Assembly: GCF_964204645.1 (NCBI RefSeq)
Contig: NC_134029.1
Coordinates: 9,078,850-9,142,849 of the forward strand
Length of the DNA stretch: 64,000 bases
From: Tubulanus polymorphus
Taxonomy: Eukaryota > Animalia > Nemertea
Reading direction: 5' to 3'
In this document: positions 1 through 11,170 of the stretch, piece by piece
How positions within the stretch are numbered: position 1 is the first letter of the stretch
Layout: every line of letters begins with the position of its first letter
Notes under the pieces: generated by a model
Databases searched by the model: none
What the model was told of the DNA's origin: nothing
What the model saw: only the letters and a program-made list of their open reading frames with translations
Program-made: the position numbers and the translations under genes

Positions 1-1598
1 GAAGAACCCCAAACCACCCTTTAATGAGCTTCACCGCTAGCATATCATTGAGCAATAATCTTTAAGAATATATATACCGGCTGGATCCGCCCCTGTGCTG
101 GTACAGACAGTACTGTATTCCGATATTAATATTCATGACACTTAGTACTAGTGAGTGATGGTGATGGTTATATACTCTGATACTAAATGTATATACCCAG
201 TTTTCTGAAAATGGGACCCAGTTTCTGAAACATAACTCTGGATACTGATCTGAACTAGTTGACATGTTTTTCACGCGGTACTCTGGTACTGGTACGCTGT
301 TATGGGATGTTCAAAAATGAATACCAGGGTTCCATCACAATGATCGCAAAGATGTCCGATTCTAAGAACGGAATGAGTGATATTTGCCAAGCTAATTGTA
401 GTTTGTATGATTATTGACATTGCTGATGATAATCCTAATTTAAAGCAATTGCTGATCTTAACTGAATGTTGTGGCGAATATGTAGTTTTATTTTTGTAGA
501 GAATAAAATTTTTTGTGACATCACGTGGAGTCACGTGATGCTTATCAGTTGTCAGTTACTCTTTGCCTCCGCCCCTCCTGACAACGTGGTTAAGCATTAC
601 CTCGCGATCCTACAGAGCGTAGAAGCACGAGAAGGACACTTCGTTTCACCGACTTCAATGTCATTTACAGTAATAAATGACCTTATATCAATCAACTACA
701 TGTCTTGTTTATTTTGCTTCAAACAAAGCTCATCCTCGCTTGCCAGGGGTCAGGTATCACTCCCTACCTCGCTTCCACCAGCCCCCTGGCCTCACGAAGC
801 GTGATTTCATTACTCCCGCTGTTGCGCATGACGTCATATATCGATTTGCGAAATACTTCCTTGTTCAGTAAAACGTTCGCTGATTAGTCTATTTAACGGG
901 AAAACCAATAGAAGCCTAAAGTCGTTTGTTACAAGCGCTGTGATTGGTACGACCGGATTCTGGTCGGCTAGTAACGACTCCAACGACTCGTGAGGTCAAG
1001 GGGTTCGGCGAACAGCTTTAGCGTATAGTGTGTTCGAATCCCTTGACGGGTGAAGATGAACAAAGCTCGTCGTTTTCCATTTCTCACGGAGCGAGGATAT
1101 CATAAAATGTTACGTGTATTTGAAAAATTACACTTGGACACTGTTCGATCTTTTCATCTGTGCATTTGGATGTGCTCGAACTAATGTCCCGAGTTGGATA
1201 GAATCCACTTATGAATATTCATAGGAGGATAGATTTAAATTGTACTTAGGGATTTTACAATTCGACTTGGTAAAGAAGAATATTCCCTTTTTACCACAAT
1301 TCAAAATTGCTTTGCATCGAAACTCGTAAGAAGCCCTATTGTGTGAATTTCTTCGATGTTACATTGTTTTCCGATATCATGTAAAAGACAAATACATATA
1401 TATATGTCATACGGCAGTTTAATGTTTTTCACACGTTGCTTATTCGGGGAAGAGACCAGAAATGTCTAATGATTTGATTTCCGTTGTATTCATCGGTGAA
1501 ACTGAAATTTTGCAAAATGGAAGGTATTTTGCAAAATGGAAGGTATGAATATACGAGTACGAATCACTGAAACTAGTACAAGCATAAAGAGATATCAG

Positions 1599-1985
1599 TT
1601 TTTTGTCCACTTGGGACTTAAGTCCCAAAGGGGTTATTGCGTTCACTTTTCGTCCGTCTGTCCGTTCGTCCGTTCAGTTATTTTGGGGAGTTTTGAAGAC
1701 GATTTCGGTGGATTACTTTGAAATATCTATTTGGTTACACCATGCATCTACCCTAGACGCACCTGCAACCCAAAAACTGGCCCGATCGTTTTCAACATGG
1801 CTGATTGGTTGCCACTGTTGTACACCAAAATCAGCATTTTTACACATTTTTTCGAGGAAAATTTTGAAGACGCTTTAATCAATCTTCTTGATGTTTCATG
1901 TATGTATATCCTCACGAGTCCATCGGCATAAGAGCAGTCGGGCACAACAAGATTGCCATCCTGTAACCTCGTCTTGCCCAAAAAG
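1599..1985 (+). mobile_element. HINE/DINE-1-like element, partial diverged copy
   Basis: T-run + ccacttgggacttaagtccca hairpin + ttgcgttcacttttcgtccgtc microsatellite, homologous to the termini of the full copies. Confidence 0.7.
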
Positions 1986-2891
1986 TTCATTTTTGCCCGA
2001 ATTCGGAGTGCATTGGCCACGTAAAATATTTTTCAAAGCTCCGAAACAGAATTGAATTTACTTTTACTCGCACGAACGAGTTTATTTTACCTTTTTCGGA
2101 AATGTTCCGCGAAAATTCTATACCTCCTCAATAAGAACCACAAAAAAACTAGATCCTTTATATAGAAAAATTCAATATTCAATCCTCGTATTCGGAATTT
2201 TTTTCTCAACTGCCCTTTAAGTATATTCACACTCGAGTCGTAAGTAGAGCTATTGCTAGAATTTATTTGGAGAAGCTTTAAATTACCTATATTTTCAACT
2301 CGGCAGCGAATTATTGACAGTCCCAATATGATTCAGTAATACAGTTACAGGAACGTATAGTCATACACGTCAGCTATATAGCTCTACTGCTAAAGGTCCA
2401 TAATCTAATAGCAGTTGTTCTCCAAATGTAGGAGTTAATGACCTGAAAGATTGATGTGAAACATAAGTTTTTTAAGTGCACTGTATTATTCAAAATGATC
2501 ACGATACATGAATGTAAATGAAGTATTCCCACAATAAAATCCTTTATGCGATGAAATTTATTCAAATGAAACCACAACATTTCGGCTGTTGACTAGCAAA
2601 CATCATCGGGTGCAATGAACGGAAAATGACGGGACAAGGCACATAAACTCACAGGATATTAATAGAAGCTATGCTGTCAGAAACTAAAACAAACAGACCT
2701 GGCAATATTTCTATAATCATTGTATCTATAGGTAACCACGGATAAGAGTGTTTTATTCGACAACATGACCATATAAACCCCAGGTAGATTGATGAGACGT
2801 GGGAATTTGTATCATATAACATGGGGTATCCGAAACGTAAATAATCTAATGCCAATATTTGACGTCAGAAAGATGCACTTTCCAACTTGGC

Positions 2892-4082
2892 GTCCAGGGA
2901 CACCATGCCCACTTGGGAAGTGGTTTCAAATGCTCAACAATCTAACAACTTCAATATATAACGCCCCCTGGTGACCATATACAAAAACCAATGACCTTTA
3001 AACCCACCACAATCATAGAACATGTCAGCAACTACGATTTTGTTATTGATTATGATAACAAAATATGCCTCGTTACCAATTTAATATGAAAACACTAAGT
3101 TACTCTACTATTCGACGCCCCCTGGTGACCATATGCAAAACCAATAACCTTGAAACTCACCACAATCATAGTGCATGTCATGAACTACAACTTTGCAATT
3201 TATCATGGTAACAAAATATGCCTAGGTACCAATCTAATAAGAAAATACTAAGTAATTCTACTATTCAACGCCCCCTAGTGACTATATAGAATAACTAATG
3301 TCCTTAAAACTCACCAAAAAGATAGGAAGATGTCATGAGCTACAACTTTGGAATTGATTGTGGTAACAAAATATGCATGGGTACAAATATGATATAGAAA
3401 TACCAAGTGATTGTATTATTCAACACCCCCTGATGGCCATATACAAAAACCAATGACCTTGAAACTCACGAAAATCATAGAACACGTTATGGGCTACAAC
3501 TTTCCAACTGATTATAGTAACACAATATGCTTAGGTATCAATTTAATGTGGAAAAAACTTTTTCCCACCTACGAATGAGTACTGATGATACCAAGATGGC
3601 CGCCAATTGCGTCATAATTGGCTGATCAAAAATACTTGTCACAAGTATAACACATCCCTTTCCAAAATATACCCACCACAAATTGCAATGAGGAATGGCA
3701 AACAAGTAGGAAGCAACATGACCCAGAATTCCGGTCAAAATTGACATTTTTGGGCACTAAGAAAGATCATAGCGAAATTGATCGAAGCGTCTTCAAAATT
3801 TTCCTCAAAAACTTCAAAAATGTGTAAAAAGTGCTGATTTTGGCGAACAACAATGGCTGCCAGTCGACCATCTTGATTCTGACAGGGCCAGTTTTTGGGC
3901 TGAAGATGTGTCTAGGGTAGATACATTTGTAACCCAAATATCATGACATTACATTGAAGCGTCTTCATAACTTCCCAAAATAACTGGATTCCATCTACGG
4001 ATTGACAGACGGACGTACGAACGGACGGACGACGGACGTAAGTGAACGCAATAGCCCGCTGGGACTACCAAGTGGGCTAAAA
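2892..4082 (-). mobile_element. Helentron-associated non-autonomous element (HINE/DINE-1-like), 4 internal ~154-bp repeats
   Basis: Subterminal inverted repeats cccacttggga / ccaagtggg, terminal gtcc-ct-ggac hairpin, (GGAC)n microsatellite, A/T-run terminus; internal units start near 2959, 3113, 3266 and 3421. Confidence 0.8.
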
Positions 4083-4182
4083 CAAAATATCAGAAATATC
4101 AGAATGACTATCATTGAATAATTTCTTACGTTCTATTTTAAAAGGCATTCTTCTGTAGGGCACATTATTATGCAGTTGAAAC

Positions 4183-7100
4183 TCAGTTTCTAACTAGACA
4201 AGAGAGCTAAATGAAAGTTTCTGCACTTTGAACAATACGCTTATCAACAAGAAATACCTTTTCCACCGCCGATCACGTAAACATCTGCTTTTGATGGGGA
4301 AAGCTTCCCATGGCAAATTCCTATAAAATACAAGTACATATAACCATTATCAACGTTAGATGTTCAATTAAGAAAAAAACCTCTGTTCTGATCGTAATAC
4401 TTCAAACATAGTTTCATTTATGAGCATACCCCCAATTCTTCTTCCATAAACTACTGTTAACAGTATGACGAATAGTACTATAGCCATTACTCCGCAGACG
4501 ATCAGAATGACGTCACGATCAACGTTGTCTAATATTCCTTCTACAACAAAATAGGGGTCCAGGGACACCATGCCCACTTGGGAAGTGGTTTCAAATGCTC
4601 AACAATCCAACAATTTTAATATTCAACGCCCCCTGGTGACCATATATAAAATCCAATGATCTTGAAACTCCCCACAATCATAGAATATGTCAGCAGCTAT
4701 GATTTTATAATTGATTGTGATCACAAAATATGCCTCGTTACCAATTTAATATGGAAATACTAAGTTATTCTACTATTCAACGCCCCCTGGTGGCCACATA
4801 CAAAATCCAATGACCTTGAAACTCACCGAAATCATAGAACACGTTATGGGCTCAAACTTTCTAATTGATTGTGGTAACAAATTATGCTTAGGTATCAATT
4901 TAATGTGGAAAAACTTTTTCCCACCCACGAATGAGTACTGATGACACCAAGATGGCCGCCAATTGCACCATAATAATGGCTGATCAAAAATACCTGTCTC
5001 AGGTATAAAACATCCCTTTCCAAAGAATACCCATCACAAATTGCAATAAGAAATGGCAAACAAGTAGGAAACTACAGGACTCAGAATTCGGGCCAAAATT
5101 GACATTTTTGGGCATTTAAAAGGTCCTAGGACGACCATCTTGGGTCCGATCGACCCAATATTTGTTATGCTGATGGGCCCTTGGGGGTTCAAATATATAC
5201 GAAAGATCAAGGTAATTGATCCAAGCGTCTTCAAAATTTTCAAAAATGTGTAAAAGGTGCTGATTTTTGCGAACAACAATGGCTGGCAGTCGGCCATCTT
5301 GATTCTGACAGGGCCAGTTTTTGGGCTGAAGATGTGTCTAGGGTAGATACATTTGTAACCCAAATACCAAGACATTACATTGAAGCGTCTTCAAAACATC
5401 TCAAAATAACGTCTACGGACGGACGGACGGACGGACGGACGGATGGACGGACGACGGATGAAAAGTGAACGCAATAGCCTGCTGGGACTAAAGTCCCAAG
5501 TGGGCTAAAAAGGCAAAATGTGCAAGATGTAGCCGTGAGACTGTAGAGATTCCGGCAAGCAAACTATACCTTCGACTTTGATAGCGGTAACGTGTCTCGA
5601 ATATAGGATGTTGCCATCATCGTCAGCAGACTTTACTCTATAACTGTAGAAAGCGTCGCAGTCGATGCGTGCCTGCATCTGTCCAATCAACGACGAGAAA
5701 TTGTACGTCATACAACACCCGGATGTCGCTACAGTCTGATTGCTTACGCAACAAGTCACAACACTGACAGTGAAGTGTTGTTTGATACGTTCCGGTACGC
5801 TTACTGTCAATTTCTTGGAGGATTGGAAAATAGCCATTGAATCGATTAACTTCATAGTCGAATGCGATTGTGATGTTAAAGGTGTCTTATCTTAAATTTT
5901 AAGGTGTAGAAGGTTTCTTTACAGAAACGTATTTATAATGTGGTAATGAACTGAATATATACATATAATTACAAAATAGGCAGTCAATACATACCTTTGG
6001 TTTTGACGAAAATTGACTCAGACGGATAAGCAGTCGAATAACTCGATAGAGAATACCGGCCTTTTACCCTGATTTCGTATCTACTGGATGGATGCAAACC
6101 AATCAAATGTGTCTCAATTACTGTAGTGTGACTTTCTTTGGTATTTGCGAAGATAGGTGTATTCGTCCAATTACCACTTCCCACCAGACGGTATTCAACC
6201 AGAAAATATAGACGTCGCCGGGAAGAAAACGAGATCCAAGAGATCTGAACTGCTTCAGATGTTACAGATAAGACTTGCAGGTTTTTTGCTAAACTCTGGG
6301 AAGCTGAGAATAGAAATATTAAGTTGAAGTCGACTCCCTTGGCGTGCAGCGGGATGTTCGGTCTCAACTGATAAATAGGTTTTTTTCTATTTTCTCGCGC
6401 AATAAGAGATGAGAAAGAATTCAGAAAGCGTTTTTCACGAAATAAATTTCGCATTATTTGCATGTATGTTTCTGACTTTCGCACGGGAAAATGGTTTTTT
6501 AGCGTCGAAAAACGTATATCTATGTTTAAACAAAAGTTTTAAAAAATTTTGAAACTAGAAGTTTTAGTTTTAAAACACTTAGATATCATCAAGTCAAATT
6601 AGTTCAATAGATATCCCAGGATCGAACGTACTCGAACTTTCACATTAAAGAGCTTATATTATAATCATGTCATCTCGCAACAAGCAAAGTCAACGGACCA
6701 AAAAAAAGGCATAAGCAGAATGACAATGATATGCACCAGTTTCAGTGATCGTCCTTACCTGGAGCGATTAACTGTATATTGAAATACGAACGCAAAAGAG
6801 TCGTCGTATTCTGAAGATAGCATGAATAATTTCTATAATCATCCAATGTAACTGCCTCTATCCGTATTCTCCATTGCCCATAGAATGATTTCTTTCTACG
6901 TCGGACTCCCCAGTTCGTAGGTCTGACTCTAACGACGCGTTTTTTACCGAATCGACAGCAACTGAATAGCGGGCGGTCGGCGGTTCCACAGAATAAATCG
7001 GTTACGTCATCCGTGTTCATTTGATGATAGAATATTTTGAATTCAGCTTTCTCTCCGATGAAGTATTCTTGTATCAATGTTGAAGCCGGCGTATATATAT

Positions 7101-9757
7101 TTGGTGGTTCTGAAAAAGAATATTCAACATTGTACAGTTCCACTTGTTCGTTGTACGAACTACCTTTAGAATTACCATTTTTTCCATCTACACAGACATG
7201 GATAAGAAAAATTGTTGATGAGTAAAAGTGAAATTAAATGGCCCGGTATTACCCACCAATGGACTGAGAGAATTATATGCACAAAAAAAAGAAATTTACG
7301 TAAATATATTGACGAATGTACCTGACGGAAGAGGACATGAGAAAAATTGTTTTTTGTTTCTGATTTAAATGTCAATAAAGATGGCGACACGTATATTCTT
7401 GATTCATAATTCGAACGTATCTACTTTCATAATTCATAAATCAAACGTATCTACATATTTTGATTTATAAATCAATCATATCTCTACTTTCTAATTCATG
7501 AATCGAACGTATCTCCGTTTCCTAATTCATAAATCGAACGTCGATTTCCCTTTATTCGAAAATCGTACGTATTTCTGTTTTTCAATTAAAAAATCGGAAG
7601 AGTTTTTTTCATTCGAAAAGATTGCTCCGGGACAGCAGTGTTTTTGAGGCTTCGGAATGTATTCATGGTTTGATGAAAAAGATTTTTGACGAGATGTATC
7701 AGTAAATGGGAAAAATGTATTTAGATTACTTAATCGATTTTCTGACGAGTTATACTGTTCAAAAAAATGTCTGAAATATTTTTTAACTTCATAAATCAGA
7801 ACAAAAAACATTTTTTTCTAATGTCCCCAGTACGCTTCCGTACAAATGTACAGAATAGACTCAAAACTAGATACTTACTGTCACACGGCACTAACTTTTT
7901 CCGATCGCTTTTACAGAATACCTTAACCGTTATTCTGCGTTCGTCGTATCCCGCTCTGTTCTCTTTGTAACACATGTACCGACCGCTGTCGTTTACTGCA
8001 ATAGCGGGGAAAACGAGCTTGCTTTTATTGTCGATTCTGACTGGTTTCGCTGATATCGGCCCTTCATTCCTGATCCAGTTGTAAATCAATGGTTTCAGAA
8101 CGTACGAATAATCACCATCACAGATGAGAACCAATTCCTGTCCTCTTTCCACGATGATAGTCCGGTAGGACGCGTCTCTGACCCATTGGAATTTGGTCGA
8201 AGCTACCTCGATATCTGCTCCCCCGGGACCGACTAGAAATCGTAAATGAATGATTAATTCAAGGAATTCTCATGAAATTGACTTATAACGAATCACCTCA
8301 TAAGGAATAATGTAATTTCTTAGATATGACGTACACTAATGTAATCAAGAAAATTAAGAATAATAGCTTATAATAGCTAATAAGTCCTTATCACTTCATT
8401 TGGACTATATCTAATCATGAAATATGAGATTATCTCCATTTTCATCAAGTTTTACTGCATATATAATCTCCTCGGTGTTCAACACAGATTAATGTGATTT
8501 CTGTTCAGAGTTCTTCTTATACTACGGTTTAAAGAAAGAATTACCGATTACTGGAACTTCCACCGATGCTAACACTATGTCATTATATTTACACAGCCAT
8601 GTTCCGCCATAGTTAGTCATCATTTGGCGAATGTGAATGCCATACGTCTGCCTCCAACCCCAATCACAATCACCATAAATATCGTGGTAGTAAAGAAAAT
8701 AATCTTTTCTCGTCTGTGCATAGAAATAAGCGTAAGTAAATCTAATGAATCTTGGGCCTAACACCTTAAGAAAGTATTAGATACGTTTTGAATATTCTAA
8801 GAGTACGATTAAGAATGCTGGCATACGTCGTAGAAACTGTTTCCACAAAATCTCCGTACAGTATAACGTTAATGTATATCTGAGAATTTTGAGTCATAGG
8901 ACAACTGGCTTAATTTTCTCATATACACCACGCTAAAAGGAGCATATGTGTTAATCACACAGCTTCAAGGTGTGACATGGCAAGACCGTTACAATGATAC
9001 TACATGTCTATTGGAAACTTATTGTGGTTGTGAGATGTTCCATAATCACTTGACATTATCAGAGCTAAATTCAGAGCACTTACGTCGCATTCCATTCTAG
9101 TGTAATTGACTTCATACTTGGTGACATTATCGCGAATTTGAACCAAAGAGATCTGTTCACCGCAAAAATCTTCCTTGTTATCGACAACGCAATGGATCCA
9201 TGCTTCTTCGCCCCATATGGTTTCTTCTGCAGGTTTCACTCGCATAGACATCTTTGAGAACGGTTTACAATCATCATCAGGCCCTTCATCTAATAGGGAT
9301 CATCATTCAATATCATTCAGATATATTGGTCGGTTTGGCTTAATGAGGATTGACACTTTCTTCTAGCTCTATGTGGTCAATTCGACATTCATTTTGAATT
9401 ATTTTGATTCCGCACTCTAATCAAACTTTGGAAAAGCTTCTGGAGTATTGAAAACTCTACGGTTAGACCTTTATCCGTCAATAAGGTAGCGTGGTAAATA
9501 TGCATAAAGATCATCAAGAAATGTCGATGTTCAGATTAACCGTATTATTTGAGTGTGGCGCATGGTGTGGCCAAGGGATTTGAGACGGAGGTTCCCATCT
9601 GGCCATCTCATTTTCATGCCATGGGGGAAAAGAAACCTGGAACCTGTCGATTAATGCTCAGCAAGTAAAGGAGTGAAAAAAAATAGAATTACTTACTTAC
9701 GACCTCTTCCACGCATATGAACAACCATACAATAATAACACTTAAAAAACGATTCAT
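4183..9757 (-). CDS. Ig-superfamily single-pass membrane receptor, tandem paralog A (SP, 3 Ig-like, FN3, FN3-like, TM, short tail; ~640 aa)
   Basis: Phase-consistent GT-AG exons: 9757-9697 (signal peptide MNRFLSVIIVWLFICVEEVV), 9289-9084, 8713-8545, 8232-7915 (LVLIC..W..DSGRYMC, Ig I-set like), 7109-6759 (DDYRNYSC), 6303-5995 (FN3: ISW..YLVEYR..LHPSSRYEIRV), 5890-5570, 4540-4430 (TM VILIVCGVMAIVLFVILLTVVY-GRR), 4320-4258 and a tentative last exon 4193-4183. Exon sizes match paralog B except exon 3 and the 3' end. The 3' end is uncertain. Confidence 0.8.
4552..5506 (-). mobile_element. HINE/DINE-1-like element (2 internal repeats) in intron 7 of Ig receptor A
   Basis: Same termini as the other copies. 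The paralogous empty site at 11545-11565 shows insertion into a 9-A run with no TSD. Confidence 0.88.
7400..7585. repeat. Degenerate ~29-bp tandem repeat (ttcataaatcgaacgtatctac...) in an insertion in intron 4 of paralog A
   Basis: About 6 imperfect units; absent from the 201-nt homologous intron of paralog B. Confidence 0.6.
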
Positions 9758-10363
9758 CCTGTCACCTCTAAAACAGATCTATAATTGTCAAATGCCTCAC
9801 GTTCGTTAGTTAAATTCTGGTGTTCGTATCCCGCTGCTTATACTCGATTTGACAATATGGCGCATATACTACACCAGAACTGTATGGATTTGCTACTGCA
9901 GAAAAAAACAGCGCATAATAAAATGGTCACTGGTGATGGAGATGGCAAAACAATTTTAACCCAATCTGTACGATTCCATTCCGGGTTCCATATATTCCGG
10001 GAAATGAAAACAACGAATCTGTTAGTAGGCCTACGTGGAAAAGTAGATACAACGGTTGCCCTGATGAAAAGGTATTGTTCCACGCGTACCTGACTCGTGA
10101 GAAACTAATATGTGATAGCTAGTACTACTTGGCGGTTAGGTAAAAGTGATGTTTCAGATCATTGAACATATGAGCTGCCATTACAAGAGTGTATCCAAAA
10201 TCCGTTCAAGGTTTGCAGCACAAAACGTAACATCCATTAAACGATTCGGTACTGGGGCATAGCCAGGATTACACGTGGACGCGACCCCATCGTCTTTGTA
10301 TTTAAGGATTTCTTTGAAAAAACATCGATGGCGAATCGCGAACTATATTGAGAATTATTGACT

Positions 10364-10611
10364 CAGGGGCGGATCTAGGATTTTCACAGAGGGGGCGCTC
10401 TTCTAGTCATCCGCTCGAAATATTTGAAAAATTGGTCTGTTTGTCATGCATTCTTAGTGTCTTAACTCACTCCTTGATCATCCTATATATTCAAAATGTA
10501 CCTTGTACTTTGAAATGTAGCAATGGAAAACTGAAACTTATAATACGGAGGGAAATTTTCGAGGGGTGCTGCAGCACCCAGAACACCCTCCCCTCCCCGG
10601 ATCCGCGCTTG
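10364..10611. mobile_element. MITE with CAGGGGCGGATC-type termini (hAT-like)
   Basis: caggggcggatct...ggatccgcgcttg inverted termini; related termini at 16409-16696, 37476, 39849 and 48229-48473. No clear TSD. Confidence 0.55.
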
Positions 10612-11170
10612 TCAGGCCAGAAAACATGTAGTAACATCCAGTAAGCTGGCCACAGGTAAAAACATTGGTTATGTAAAATATTTTTCAAAGCTCCGAAATA
10701 GAGACGAATTTATTTTCGTTACCTTTTTCGCACATTTTCCACAAAAAGTGCTATACCCCTCCACCACAATAACAGGAACACTTGGATCCATTATATACAA
10801 ATGGTCGACATTTATTACTCAAAATCGGCCAGTTCTCTCAACTGCCCCAGCTAAGTCTTAAGTTCTACAAGAATCTATTTGGAAAACCTTCGATTTCCCT
10901 GATTTCAACTCGGCGACAATGACAGTCCCAACATGATTCAGTAATAAAGTAACAGGAAAGTACAGTCATACACGTCAGTAATATAACTTCCTAAACGTTC
11001 ATACATCTAATAGCAGTTGTTCCCCAAAATGTAAGAATTAATAACCTGAACGATTTGATGTTAAATATAAGTACATATAAGTATAAGTGCACTGTATTAT
11101 TCAAGATACATGACCATGAACATAATATGAAGAAGTCCTGCCATAAAATCTTTCATTCGATAAAATCTAT

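Larger units (their letters stand above)
2020..10110. repeat. Segmental tandem duplication unit A (partner ~10675-15745)
   Basis: 2020-2650 aligns with 10675-11255 and 9780-10110 with 15480-15745. Exons are closely conserved; introns are diverged with indels and TE insertions. Confidence 0.85.

Noticed and set aside
2959-3540. Regularly spaced repeats resembling a CRISPR array
   Set aside because: Whole ~154-bp units are homologous with no unique spacers, the context is eukaryotic and there are no cas genes; they are HINE internal repeats.
9999-10012. ISRE-like GAAATGAAAAC upstream of Ig receptor A
   Set aside because: Single short match in AT-rich DNA, not conserved in paralog B.
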